Virus record (IMG/VR): IMGVR_UViG_3300010351_000784
Location: 30,475 to 94,474 of that record
Strand: one strand, 5' to 3'
Origin: a virus
Taxonomy: Duplodnaviria; Caudoviricetes
Length of the DNA: 64,000 bases
Within the stretch, counting starts at the first letter, position 1; each line of letters begins with the position of its first letter. The position numbers were made by a program, and so were the translations under genes. The notes under the pieces are model-generated. The model ran no database searches, was not told where the DNA came from, and saw only the letters and a list, made by a program, of their open reading frames with translations. This document shows, in pieces, positions 43,855-55,806 of the stretch.

Positions 43855-44283
43855 ATGACTCTTGAAGAAAAAAGAGAACTCATTGCTCAGAATAGAGACC
43901 CTACGATTGCAGCAATAACTTCTATTATTGATACTCATTATAATTTACTTGCACCTGTATCAGACAATGGAATAATCAATGAGAACAAATTCAATGATGA
44001 GAAGTCACTTAACTTTGCAAAAGGCTTACAGACTGATGTAGCGAAGTATGAAGAGGTTCTTATGAAAGTTAAAAAGAACGAAGAGCTATCCGCTAAGGAT
44101 ATTGCTTACATCGGTATTTGTTACGATTTTTGTGCAAAGAGAGCAGAAACTCAAATTCTTGCGATGGCAAAAGCAAAGGTTCTTTGCAGTGATTTGGCTG
44201 AAAAATTGAGTTCTAATGTTAACAAATCTGACGCGGCAGATAGTATGAGAAAATTGATTCAAAGATACGAATCAAAAACTTGA
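43855..44283 (+). CDS. Hypothetical protein
   Basis: ORF with its own promoter (43796-43824) and RBS. Confidence 0.7.
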   Translation: MTLEEKRELIAQNRDPTIAAITSIIDTHYNLLAPVSDNGIINENKFNDEKSLNFAKGLQTDVAKYEEVLMKVKKNEELSAKDIAYIGICYDFCAKRAETQILAMAKAKVLCSDLAEKLSSNVNKSDAADSMRKLIQRYESKT

Positions 44284-44381
44284 CTTTGTTTCAAACTTAT
44301 GCTATAATGATTATAGTAAAAAAATAGCGAGCCTAAGCTATTTTTATATAAATTAAATTTACTTTAAGGAGTGATGTTAAA

Positions 44382-44675
44382 ATGGCAACTAAGAAGACTG
44401 GCACAATGACAGCAAATTCAAGAAAGGTTTTTGATTACCTCAAGGGAAATGGCGTGGGCGTTAAGTTTACTCATAAGGAAGTAGCAGACGCACTCGGTTT
44501 CGAGACAACTGCAGCAGTTGTTGGTTCCGTTACAGGTCTTGTAAACAAGGAGCTTGCTGTTCGTGAGAAGGAGACTCGTACTGTTGATGGTAAGGAGAAG
44601 GAAGTTTCTGTATTCTACCTTACTCAGAAAGGTATGGAGTACGACCCAGACGCTGCTGCTGCTGACGCTGAATAA
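44382..44675 (+). CDS. Winged-helix DNA-binding protein
   Basis: wHTH pattern (EVADALG...GLVNKELA...FYLTQKG); promoter at 44280-44308. Confidence 0.65.
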   Translation: MATKKTGTMTANSRKVFDYLKGNGVGVKFTHKEVADALGFETTAAVVGSVTGLVNKELAVREKETRTVDGKEKEVSVFYLTQKGMEYDPDAAAADAE

Positions 44676-44700
44676 TTTAACGTCGCACACGGCTGAAATT

Positions 44701-44726
44701 GGCGGGACTTCGGTTCCGCCGTTTTC
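44701..44726 (+). terminator. Terminator
   Basis: GGCGGGAC-TTCG-GTTCCGCC-GTTTT. Confidence 0.65.
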
Positions 44727-44772
44727 CTAATTCACTTTTATTAAAATTGTTATTTATTGGAGGAATTAAAGT

Positions 44773-45717
44773 ATGTTAAATATTAAGGAAGTACAGAGTA
44801 CTAATGTTGTTGAGATTTCTGGAATTCTTAGCCAGCTTGAAGTTGAGCAGAAGCAGACCGCAGATGGTAAGAACTATGCATCAGCTAAAGCTACTATTAA
44901 GGTGGACCAGGAAATCGGCGGAAAGATGGTCGAGAATGAGATTCCTGTTAAGTTCTTCTCTATGGAAATGAAGTCAGATGGTTCTGCTGTAAGCAAGATT
45001 TACACAAGCATCTGTGAAATGCCTCAGAAGTTTACTTCTCTTGCCTCACTCGGCGAAGACGAGAAGGAAAAGGCATCAAGAGTTGTTATCACAGCTGGTA
45101 ACATCAGAGAGAACATTTGGGTTGACCCTTCAAGCGGTCAGGTAAGAACTGGCTTTGAGATTGATTCAAACTTCATGAACCCAGCTCGTCAGTCAAATGA
45201 CCCATTTGAGCAGGATGCAAGATTCGAACTCTCTGGCGTTGTTATGGATATGACAAAAGAGATAGACCAGAATCAGGAAGAGACTGGTAGACTCAAGGTT
45301 AAGGTGGCAGTTGTTGGTTATACTGGTAGAGACGGTATTACAAGAGTCGATGTTATTGACCTTATCGCCGCATCAGATAATGCAGTTAACTTCATCGAAA
45401 GCAACTGGGAGAAGGGCGATACTGTTAACATAAACGGTAAGATTAACTTCAACCAGTCTACAAAGGTTTGGTATGAAGAGCAGGGCTTCGGTGAGCCTAT
45501 TAAGAGAACAAAGACTCAGACTCGTAAGGAGCTTATCATCCTCGGTGGCTCTCCAAGTGGTCTTGAGGAAGAGTACTCTTACGATGCTAATGATATCAAG
45601 GCTGGTCTTGCTGCTCGTTCTGCAAGAGTTGAAGAGCAGAAGGCAAAGGGTGCTACTAAGGGTAAGGCACAGACAAAGAAGAATACTTCCTTTAACGATG
45701 TAAACCCTGGCTTCTAA
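44773..45717 (+). CDS. Putative ssDNA-binding protein (tandem OB-fold)
   Basis: Two OB-like halves and an acidic/aromatic C-terminus; upstream of the AAA ATPase. Confidence 0.55.
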   Translation: MLNIKEVQSTNVVEISGILSQLEVEQKQTADGKNYASAKATIKVDQEIGGKMVENEIPVKFFSMEMKSDGSAVSKIYTSICEMPQKFTSLASLGEDEKEKASRVVITAGNIRENIWVDPSSGQVRTGFEIDSNFMNPARQSNDPFEQDARFELSGVVMDMTKEIDQNQEETGRLKVKVAVVGYTGRDGITRVDVIDLIAASDNAVNFIESNWEKGDTVNINGKINFNQSTKVWYEEQGFGEPIKRTKTQTRKELIILGGSPSGLEEEYSYDANDIKAGLAARSARVEEQKAKGATKGKAQTKKNTSFNDVNPGF

Positions 45718-45756
45718 TAGCCAGGGCACCATCTATAATAAAGGAGGGATTGAATA

Positions 45757-47781
45757 ATGGCAATTGATTTATTGGCACTTGAACCTCAGACAATAAGCAG
45801 AAATCTTAAAGGTAAGTACGCAATGTTTTACGGCTTGCCGGGTGTAGGTAAGACAAGTCTTGCCGCACAGTTCCCAAAGGTTCTTATTGCAGGGTTAATT
45901 TAATAGCTCCCTTATATAGTAATATATATTGAATAATGTGGTTAATTGCTGGGAAACCTAAGTCTTAAAAGATATGGCAATCAGCAGCCAAGCCGCCCAA
46001 TCAGCGGAAGGTTCAACGACTATTTAATTAAGTAGTAGTAATACGAAATGCCACACTTCATTAGTTGCTTATATTTTTACAACAGGAGGTGAAAAGAATG
46101 CGAATGATTGATGATAAAGAAGAGCAAGAAATTTGTAAAGATTACTTATCTGGACTATCTATGACAAATATTGCAAAAATGCGACATTGCACACAACCAA
46201 GAATTAAAAATATATTGGTTAAAAATGATATTCCACTTCGTGTAAGAAAAATAAATGTTAATTTAAAGGAAGATTATTTTACAAATATTGATACACCTAA
46301 TAAAGCATATTTTTTGGGGTTAATTTTTACAGATGGGTCAGTGACAGAGGAAAAAGACAAACAATCTCAATTACGCTTAGAACTTAAGGCTTCTGATGTT
46401 GCTTTGCTTGAAAAGTATCGAGAAGAACTTGGAATTACATCAAAGCTTATCTATTCAAAAAGAGGAAATACAGAAAGTTTTCTAAGCACAGTTCGAAGCG
46501 ATAAGATAGTAAAAGATTTAAATAAATACGGAGTTGTAAAAAATAAAACCTATTTAACAAACGTTTTACCGAAAGTTCCAGCAATTTTAGAAAAGGATTT
46601 TCTAAGAGGTTTAATTGATGGCGATGGAAGTATTTATCCTAATCAGAACTATTATAGAGTTAATTTCACTTCTCATTCAATAAACATTTGTAATGATTTT
46701 CTCTTATTATGCGAAAAAGTATCGGGAATGGAAATTACCAATAAGCCTACACAAAATGGCAAAAATTATCGTGTAACTCTTGCCAAAAAGGCTTTAGTAA
46801 AGAAGTTGATTACTTCTTGCTATAAAGATGCAGAAATGTATCTTCCTCGAAAATATATAATTGCAACGAATATATTTGAGGTTAAAAATGAAGAAGATAT
46901 AGTCTAGTCCGACTCTTAAATGAGTGTTAAAGTATGTTGAAAAACACGGTATTAACGTTGAGATGGGCACTAATGCTCTTAATAAGGTATATGTTCAGCC
47001 TGTTAAGGGTTGGAATGACTGGAAAACTGTGGTTGGACAGCTCATTCGTAAGCAAGAGTTGAAGGACAAGTTTGAAAGTATCGCAATTGATACTGTCGAT
47101 TCCGCATGGGATTTGTGCGTAAGGTACATTTGCGGTCAGGAAGGTGTCGAAAAGCTTGCCGATATCCCTTGGGGCGCAGGTTATGACATGGCTAAAAAGG
47201 AATTCCAGTCAACTTTCAGAGACTTAACTTTCGCTGGTTATGGTCTTATCTTTATTTCACACTCTACTGAAAAGACTCTTAAGGACGAGGAAGGAGAAGA
47301 ATATCAGCAGATTGCTCCTGCTTTGCCGCAGAGACCTTACGATATTGTAAACAAGATGGTTGACGTTATTGGTTACATTCGTGAGATTAAGGACGAAGCA
47401 TCCGGCGAAAGAAAAAGATTTATTTTCTTCAGAGGCGACGACAGATTCTTCGCAAAGTCTCGTTTCAAGTATATTACTCCTCGTGTTGAATTTAGCTACG
47501 AGAATATCGTAAATGCTATCTTTGATGCTATTGATGAGGAGATTAAGCATTCCGGTGGCGAAGCTTCAGATGAAGTTAATCCTTATGTTGTAAAGACATT
47601 CGATGATTTAATCAATGAAGCTAAGGAGCTTTGGGATGCGGTTGTTCAGAACGAAAAGACAAAGGAAGCATCTGAAATACTCGAAAACGAATTCGGAAAA
47701 CCCACAAAATTTTCTGAAATTCTTCCAGAGCAGATTGATAGTCTTCAGAATGTTCTGATTAGAATTAAAGAAATACTTTAA
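45757..47781 (+). CDS. AAA (Sak4-like) ATPase, 2 exons (45757-45895, 46958-47781)
   Basis: GLPGVGKT; splicing gives IAGFEMGTNAL; IAIDT; FISH. Confidence 0.8.
45896..46957 (+). mobile_element. Group I intron in the AAA ATPase gene
   Basis: AATTGCTGGGAA, AATCAGCAGCCAAG, GGTTCAACGACTA and AAGATATAGTCT motifs; terminal G. Confidence 0.85.
46098..46919 (+). CDS. Intron-encoded LAGLIDADG endonuclease
   Basis: YFLGLIFTDG and FLRGLIDGDG; reads through TAG to TAA at 46919, the same position as the stop in its PhoH-intron paralog. Confidence 0.85.
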
Positions 47782-47830
47782 TCCAAGTGGGGAAGGTTTA
47801 CGAACCTTTCCCATTTTTTTATAAGCGAGG

Positions 47831-50142
47831 TTGAGAAAATTGAACGAAAAGGTAAAGATTTTGGACACAAATGTTCTTTTGGACTACCCACAAATTGTTA
47901 CTAGCCCTAAGGAATATTGGGTTATTGCAATGGTAACTCTAAAGGAAATTGACGGACTCAAACTTAACAGGAATCCCGAAATTTCACAGAAGGCTCGTAA
48001 GGCGGCAGTTTATATTGCCAAGAATATGAACAACATTGAATGGGATTTTACTCGTGATTATTCAGAAGACCCCGATGGCGTACTTCTTGAAATTGCGAAA
48101 AAGAGAAACGCAACTATTGTTACAAACGATATTTCCTTTAAGGTAAGATGTGAAGTTAATAATGTTGACGTTGAAGGCTACAGCTGGAAGGACGATTACT
48201 GCGGTATTGTTTATATGAATGTTAATGATATGAGTCTCGACGAGTATAATGAAATGCTTGCAGACCTTAGGGAAAATGGTCATTACGAAACTGATAACTA
48301 TAACTTCAGCATAAATGAATATCTTATCATTCCGCCGCCATATGAAGACGCTTCTTTCGGTAAGGAAAGTATATTCAAGTATGATGGCGCACGTTTTCAC
48401 TTAATTAAAGGCAAAGCAATTAAGAATAATTGGGTCGGCGAGATTTATCCAAGGAATCCTGAACAGATTTGTCTTATGAATGCTTTGCTTAGCAATGTTC
48501 CTATCATTTATGCCGGTGGGCATTTCGGGACGGGTTAATTGATAGCTCCTTTATACAGTAATGTATATCGAATAATGCGGTTAATTGCTGGGAAGCCTAA
48601 GTTTATAGGAGTATAAATATGGTAATCAGCAGCCAAGCTAGTTTAGCCAACTAGAAGGTTCAACGACTAAAATAATAATAATCTTCGGATGAAAAACCGC
48701 ACTTCATTAAAATAGCGCAATCAAAAATAAGGAGGTGAATATATGAGACAATTTAATAAAAAAATTCAAGATGAAATATGTTTTAAGTATGATAGAGAGG
48801 GAGAAACATTAACTTTTCTTGCTCAAACATATCATTGTAGAATTGAAGCAATAAGAAATGTTTTATTATCTAATGGTATTAAAATAAGAAGAAGAGGTTA
48901 GAAAACAAATAGAACAATAAAAGAAAATTATTTTGAAACAATAGATACAGAAAAGAAAGCTTATTTTTTAGGATTATTTTTTGCAGATGGAAATATTAGT
49001 TTAGATAAAAGGCGTTCTCCGTTAATACGAATTTCATTAAAAATATCCGATAAAAATATTTTAGAAGAGTTTAGAAATGAATTAAAAGTAAATTCTAAAC
49101 TTTTATATGATAAACGAAATAAAAAAGAAAGTGCAATATTGAGTTTTAGAAGTGAAAAAATGGCAAATGATTTATCTAAATATGGTATTGTTCCAGATAA
49201 AACATATGTCACAAAACATCTCCCAATTGTTCCTCAAAAACTATTAAAACATTTTTTACGAGGTTTAATAGATGGAGACGGAAGTATTTATCAGTCAAAA
49301 AAAGGACAATGGTTCATTGACTTATGTTCATATCATGAATCAATTTGTGCTGATTTTCAAAATTTATGTCTATCTTTTCTCAATGATAAAAATAAAACAA
49401 AAATAGCAAATTATGGAACAGCATATCATATTAAATTTGGGAAAAAATCACAAGTAAAACAGTTGGCAACTGTACTTTACAAAGATAGTAATGTCTATCT
49501 TACTCGAAAATATGAAAAAGCGCAACAAATTTTCGAGAATAATAATGAAGAAGATATAGTCTACTCCGACCATTAAATTGGTGTTAAAGTACTTCGAAAG
49601 AAGCGGTATAAAGGAAAACTTTCCTTACTCATAACTATGCAATTGGACAGCTTGAGAAAGACAAGATTAAGAAAATCATTTATGTTCCTAATAACTCTTA
49701 CACCCAGAACACTATGGAGCTTGGCGCGCTGCCTGGCGACTTAATGGAAAAAATTCTTCCTTCAATTGGACCTCTTGTTGATTTGGTTGGTATTGACCAG
49801 ATAAATAGATGGATTTCAGAAGATAAGTTGGAGATTGTCCCTGTCGCCTATATCAGAGGACGTAATTTTGACGATTCTATTGTTCTTGTAAGTGAAGCTG
49901 AAAATCTTACTGAGGAACATATTAAACTATTACTTGCTCGTTGTGGTAAAAACACAAAGATTTTCTTTGATGGAGATATTCATCAGGCAGATAGTGCTAT
50001 CTTCAAGGATAGAAATGGTTTGAAGCTATTACTTAAACTTCATGAAAGTCTTGAATTTGCTCCACTGTTTTCTACTGTTCAGCTTATCAGAATTGAAAGA
50101 AGTATTGTAGCTGCTGCTGCCGACTTTCTTGATAATATTTAA
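47831..50142 (+). CDS. phoH: PIN-PhoH protein, 2 exons (47831-48535, 49615-50142)
   Basis: LDTNVLL PIN domain; splicing restores the Walker A GHFGTG|KT; LGALPG, RGRNF, EAEN and GDIHQAD motifs. Confidence 0.85.
48536..49614 (+). mobile_element. Group I intron in phoH
   Basis: Core nearly identical to the AAA-gene intron. Confidence 0.85.
48743..49576 (+). CDS. Intron-encoded LAGLIDADG endonuclease (TAG=Gln)
   Basis: YFLGLFFADG and FLRGLIDGDG. Confidence 0.8.
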
Positions 50143-50207
50143 GAATGGCGGCTCATGCCGCCATTCTTATTTTAATTCTTGACTTTTGAATTAAAATGTG
50201 ATATAAT
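50141..50207 (+). terminator. Terminator followed by a SigA promoter
   Basis: AAGAATGGCGGC-TCAT-GCCGCCATTCTT, then TTGACT (50179)-17 nt-TATAAT. Confidence 0.7.
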
Positions 50208-50239
50208 TATTATAGAGATTAAGAAAAGGGTGATAGCCA

Positions 50240-50959
50240 ATGGGAAAGAAAATTGACGAAGCTGTAATTGAACAAATTCCAGTTTTATACGAAGAATTAA
50301 AGAGTAAGGCAGAAGTTGCCAGAAGACTCGGTATTAGTACAGCAACGGTTAATAAATATCTTGCAATCTATAATGGAGCGCCAGTCGAAGTTGTAACCAA
50401 GAAAAGGGTTAAGGTCGATGAGGAATTGGTTGCAAAGATTAACGAACTTTACAAGAGTTGTAAGAATATGGCGCAAGTTGCAAAGGAGCTTGGTATATCT
50501 CCTACGACAGTTAAGAACCATTTGAATGAGGATAATCTTAAATTAAAGGAGAGGGTGAACGATGACCGTGATGCTTTGTGGTTTTATATTCATCGTCTTT
50601 TTGGTCCTGATACAGATGGACGACCTGTAAGCGAATGGAATGTCACACAAATGATGAAGTTCAATCGCATGGGAATAAATTATAAGTCACAGCTTTTGAC
50701 ACTAAAGTATTTCTATGAGGTTGAAAAGAATCTAGTGCAGGATAAGTATAAGACGATTGGTATTATTCCATATGTCTATGATAAGGCTGCGCTTTACTAT
50801 AAAACACAAGAAAAGAAGAGACTTGAAATTGAAGAAGCTATTGAGAAACAGTTGGAGCAGGATAGAATCGAAATCAAATACAATCCGAGCGATTACATTG
50901 GTGCAAGGAAGAAGAAAAAGATGATTGACCTTGACCAGATTGTAGGTGATGCTGAGTGA
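50240..50959 (+). CDS. Tandem-HTH protein upstream of the helicase
   Basis: Two HTH repeats (EVARRLGISTATVNKYL / QVAKELGISPTTVKNHL). Confidence 0.7.
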   Translation: MGKKIDEAVIEQIPVLYEELKSKAEVARRLGISTATVNKYLAIYNGAPVEVVTKKRVKVDEELVAKINELYKSCKNMAQVAKELGISPTTVKNHLNEDNLKLKERVNDDRDALWFYIHRLFGPDTDGRPVSEWNVTQMMKFNRMGINYKSQLLTLKYFYEVEKNLVQDKYKTIGIIPYVYDKAALYYKTQEKKRLEIEEAIEKQLEQDRIEIKYNPSDYIGARKKKKMIDLDQIVGDAE

Positions 50960-53900
50960 TAAAAATTGACCGCCATACAGTTATCCAAGTCCTTGGTGGA
51001 CTCATGAATCGTCCAGATTATTTAAACAATGTAGATAAGTACAGATTTGAGCTGAGTGATTTCCCAACTTCGCTCGATAAGTTTATCTTTTCTGCTATTA
51101 ACAACTTATATAATAATGGAGACGGAGCGGGTAATATTCGCTCTGTTGATGTTATTAACTATTTGAAAGGGAATGCTCTCGCCGCCGAACTTATGGAGAA
51201 AGAAAACGGCGAGGTTTACTTACAAGATTGTGAGACAATTGGAGAGCCTGCAAACTTTAACTACTATTATAACAAGTTTAAGAAACTCAATTTCTTAAGA
51301 GATTTGCAAAAGGACTCCGGCAGAGATATTAGCCACATTTATTGTGAAGATATTCTCAATCCGAACTATGCTGAAATTAACGAACGATTTGAGTAGATGA
51401 CTGTTGAAGATATTCTCAATATGTTGAAAATGGAAATCAATGGTTATGAAAGTAAGTTCGTACTTAAGAGCGTTGTTGAAGAGTCAAAGGCTGTTGATGG
51501 TATTGAACAGTTGATTATTGACTTACAACAGAAGCCTGAGATTGGCTGTAAACTACAAGGCGATATTGTTAATACCATAACTCGTGGTGGACGTAAGGGT
51601 AAATTATATCTTCGTTCAGCAGGTTCTGGTGTTGGCAAAGCGGTCCCAAATTTCACAAGAATCCCAACACCAGATGGATGGAAATCGGTCGGCGAAATTA
51701 AAGTTGGAGATTTACTTTTTGACAGATTTGGTAATCCAACTAAAGTACTGAAAGTATTTCCTCAGCAAGAAAAGAAAGAAATCTATAAAGTGTACTTTAA
51801 ATCGGGTAGAGTTGCAGAATGCTGCGATGAGCATTTATGGAGTTACTATTCGAATAAGAATGACAGAAATCCAAATAAACTGATAACGACAACATTAAGA
51901 AATATAATCGACAATCCTCGTGGACTTCGTGATACAAAGGGACGCTATAGATGGAGTATTCCAGTAACAGAACCAGTAAAGTATCCTGAAAAGTTTTATT
52001 CGATTGACCCTTATGTTATGGGCTTAATACTTGGAGATGGAAGCTTTAGATATTATTTATCAAACAAAAGTTTTTCATTCTCAAGCTCAGACGAAGAACT
52101 TGTTAAAGCAATATGTGATAGACAAGGATACTCAACTTATAAGAGGAACTCTGACCATTACTATAATTGGAGCTTTGAATTGGTTAATCAAGAAAAGCAC
52201 AAAAATGTATGGGTTGAAGACATATTAAGCGAATACCCAGAATTATGGCAGTTAAAGTCAGAAAATAAATACATACCACAAGAATTTTTATTAGGCTCAG
52301 TGGAACAAAGATATGATTTACTTGCCGGCTTACTTGATACCGATGGCTCAATTGATGAAAAGGGCAGAATAGGTTTTACTACTATAAGCCCCATTTTAAG
52401 AGATAATATTATTGAACTGTGCGAAAGTCTCGGATTGACTTGTAACTATAGTACAGACACAAGAAGTGACAAATATACAATTGGAGAATGTTATAATCTA
52501 CACATCCAGGCTCCAAAAGCGGTAAAAGCAAAACTTTTTAAACTAAAAAGAAAATTAGATATCGCAATTGCCTATACAAATAACGGGAAAAGAGAAGAAA
52601 GACGTGACAGAGACTCTATTATAAAAATTGAATCAACCGGAGAATTTGTTGATATGACTTGTTTTTATGTAGACAATGATGAACATTTATTCTTAATGAA
52701 TAATTACATTTGTACACATAATACTCGTTCTATGGTTGGTGATGCGTGTAATATTGCATATCCAATCAGATTTGACAGAAAGAAAAATAAGTGGGTTTCA
52801 ACAGGTAGTTGTGAAAAGGTTCTTTATATAATGACAGAGCAAGACCCTGATGAAATCAAGACAATGATACTTGCATATCTTACAGGATATAATGAAGAAA
52901 TATTCTTGTATGGTACATATGGTGAAAAAGAAATGCCTCGTATTCAGCAGGCTATTGATATTATGAAGAAGTATGAGGACAATATGTTGCTTGCTCATGT
53001 TCCTGACCCATGTGCGTCTGCGGTAAAGAATTTGTTTAGAAGATATAATATCCAGCACGGTGTTGAAAATATCTTCTATGACTACATCTTCTCTTCTCCT
53101 GCTATGCTTAATGAGTATCGTGATTTGAAACTTCGCGAGGATAAACTAAGGTAAAATGTCCTCAAAATAACTTTTCCGCCTCATCAGCGGGGTCACAATT
53201 ATATTATAATTAAATAATATAGTGGCTATCGGTATCAGCTAAATAAGACTGGCGTAAATAGCGAGATGACGCCGTATCCCAAAGACGAATACGCTGACTA
53301 AGAGAACCTACGGTCCAGAAATGGATAGCAGGCAATACCGAGGGATGATTTTATTAGAGTAATCGCAATTAAACATCACTCTATATGTAGAGGTGAGATT
53401 ATGCGATTTAATTATTACAAAATTAAGCCGATTACGCTAATAAAATAACCTGTAACGACTATCTCTTATCATGAGAGAGTAGGGGCACTATTGATACGTG
53501 CCGCCGCGGCGATAACAATGCGGCTGAGAACCGAAAGAGTTATACCTAAATGGTGAAATATAGTCTATACTTTTAGAAATAAAAGAAAATATGGTTTGTC
53601 TTAGATTGTTCACAACAACTTTAAAGAATCTTGCTGTTGAGCTTAATGCGTTCATTATGACCTCAACACAGGTTAGTAATGATGATGATGAAAAGGGGGG
53701 ATTTAGAGACTTTAAAAATGTTCAAGGGTCAACTTGGCCCCAACATATCTTTTCCTATTTTATTAATAGGGGTCAGAGTTTTCTGGCTAACGAGGGAGTC
53801 TAGAGCCCTGTCGGGAGACATAGGTATGATAATCTCGTGGGAATTTTTTATTGAAGAGTATAAAGATACTCTGATATAGAATAAATCCTGTATCGACTAT

Positions 53901-54520
53901 CCCTGAGGTTGAAATGCCGGGGAGTAGGGACACTATTAATACGTGTCTTAGTTTTAGGAAACGAAGCTAATGAGAACCGAAATGGATATGGTATTATAAT
54001 ATTTTTATAATATTAAGAAATAGTCAGCGCCGTTGGAAACAACGGAATTCGTGCAAAGGCAATCGTAAACCTTGCTGACTTTGCTTGTGTTATGTCTCGT
54101 CCAACAAAGGTAGAATTACAAGAACTTGCAGGATTTTTGGGCTCATTCTCATTCGTTCCAAATCTTGTTACTGACGTTTATAAGAATCGTCGTGGTAGAT
54201 GGAATATGATAAGAATTTGGTCACATAATGATTTAGGTTGTTGCCGTAGAGAAGATTTGTTTGTAACGACAGTTGATATGAAGCCGATTAAGGAATTCCA
54301 AGTTGTTCAGTTTGACTCAATAGCATATGGAGATTTCCATGAGCTGTGTGACCTTTATAATGAAGGAATTGTATCAGATGCAATTTATGAGGAATATTAT
54401 TCAACATCAGATATCAAGCCTGAAGATTTAGTTGTTGATTTCGCCGCGGCATTTGAAGATGATGAAGACAATAAGAGAAGACTAAGCGAAAAAGATTTTT
54501 CTGATTTCTTGACTTTCTAA
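50956..54520 (+). CDS. dnaB: Replicative DnaB-family helicase (TAG=Gln, intein, 2 introns; exons 50956-53142, 53594-53729, 54054-54520)
   Basis: SAGSGVGK|TR, IMTEQ and FYDYI motifs; splicing restores REDVCL and QGSKAIVNLAD; VYKNRRG. Confidence 0.85.
51640..52722 (+). mobile_element. Class-3-type intein (Ala1) with LAGLIDADG domain, 361 aa
   Basis: AVPNFTRI...CDEHLW...ILGDG...LAGLLDTDG...MTCFYV...CTHN|T. Confidence 0.85.
53143..53593 (+). mobile_element. ORF-less group I intron dnaB-I1
   Basis: GAGGAT| pairs with IGS GTCCTC; CCTGTAACGACTA; ATAGTCT; ...ATG|GTT. Confidence 0.8.
53730..54053 (+). mobile_element. ORF-less group I intron dnaB-I2
   Basis: GGGT| with IGS TTGGCCC; core motifs; ...GTG|CAAAG. 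Confidence 0.85.
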
Positions 54521-54531
54521 GGAGTGATTAA

Positions 54532-55587
54532 GTGAGTCATTTAAAGGATTTAATGAATAGTCTGTCGAATGAGGAAATCATTGATATAATGACTAAACTC
54601 GGAGCAGATAGATTTGAAGAGACTGGAAACGCAATAATCTTTCCTACTATCTGTCATAATCATGACGCCGCAGAAGCAAGTATGAAATTATATTATTATC
54701 CTAAGACTCATACCTTCCGTTGCTATACAGGTTGTAGTTGTACCTTTAACATCATTGAAATGTTTAAGAAACGCTATGAGCTATTAAATGTACAGTATGA
54801 TTTCTTTAAGGATATCGTTTTGCAGATTGGTGGTAAGGCTGGTCCAAGAGAAAGAGAAACTTTCTACCAGCCATATCAATCTTTGTATACAAAAGAAAAT
54901 CATAATCCAGAAGTTAATTTACCTATTCTCAATAAAGGTCTGTTAAATGCGTATACATTCTATCCTACTGCAGAGTGGTTAGAAGACGGAATAAGTGAAG
55001 AGGTAATGAAGATATATAATATACTTTACTCAATTCAAGAAAATAAGATTATCATTCCTCATTATGATATTGAAGGTAACTTAATTGGTATAAGAGGAAG
55101 AGGTCTTAATGATGAAGATGTTGCACTGGGTAAATATCGTCCCGTAAGTATCGAGGGTAAAATGTATAACCATCCTCTACAATTCAATTTATATGGATTG
55201 AATTTTGTAAGAGAGAATATAAAAAAGTATAAGGTGGCTATTGTTGCAGAGTCTGAAAAGAGCTGCTTGCAGTATGCAACGATGTTTGGACAAGATAGAA
55301 ATATTGTTGTCGCCGCCTGTGGTAGTACTTTTCATAAGTATCAGCTCGACCTACTATTACAATGTGGGGCGGAAAAGGTCTTAATAGCTTTCGATAAGGA
55401 AGGCGAGACCTGGGCTGAGAAGGAAAAGTATTTTGCTAAATTAAAGACAACATGTGAAAAATATAAGAATTATTGCTCAATGGGATTTCTATATGACAAC
55501 AAAAATTTATTAAATTTAAAAAATAGTCCATTTGATAAAGGTAAAGAAATTTTTATACAATTATATAAAAAAGCAATTTGGATTTGA
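54532..55587 (+). CDS. DNA primase (Zn-finger plus TOPRIM)
   Basis: ICHNH...CYTGC; GIRGR; LYGL; AESEKS; AFDKE. Confidence 0.8.
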   Translation: MSHLKDLMNSLSNEEIIDIMTKLGADRFEETGNAIIFPTICHNHDAAEASMKLYYYPKTHTFRCYTGCSCTFNIIEMFKKRYELLNVQYDFFKDIVLQIGGKAGPRERETFYQPYQSLYTKENHNPEVNLPILNKGLLNAYTFYPTAEWLEDGISEEVMKIYNILYSIQENKIIIPHYDIEGNLIGIRGRGLNDEDVALGKYRPVSIEGKMYNHPLQFNLYGLNFVRENIKKYKVAIVAESEKSCLQYATMFGQDRNIVVAACGSTFHKYQLDLLLQCGAEKVLIAFDKEGETWAEKEKYFAKLKTTCEKYKNYCSMGFLYDNKNLLNLKNSPFDKGKEIFIQLYKKAIWI

Positions 55588-55588
55588 G

Positions 55589-55738
55589 GTGATAAAAATA
55601 AAAACGCTTGATTTAGTTGGAAAAACATTTGAGGAATTAACTGTTTTAGAATGGGATTTATCCATTAACAAAAAAGGCACATATTGGAAATGTTTATGTT
55701 CTTGCGGGGAACGTAAAAACTATTAGAGGAACCTCTAA
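55589..55738 (+). pseudogene. Homing endonuclease N-terminal fragment
   Basis: DLVGKTFEELTVL...YWKCLCSCGE, then truncated. Confidence 0.6.
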
Positions 55739-55806
55739 AGATTTTAATAAAATAGATAACAACTATTTAAAAGCAAAATTGATATCAAAAGGAGTCTGGT
55801 TATAAC

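Noticed and set aside
50956-51396. Separate gene upstream of the helicase (split DnaB)
   Set aside because: TAG is followed directly in frame by the rest of the protein, giving a single gene under code 15.
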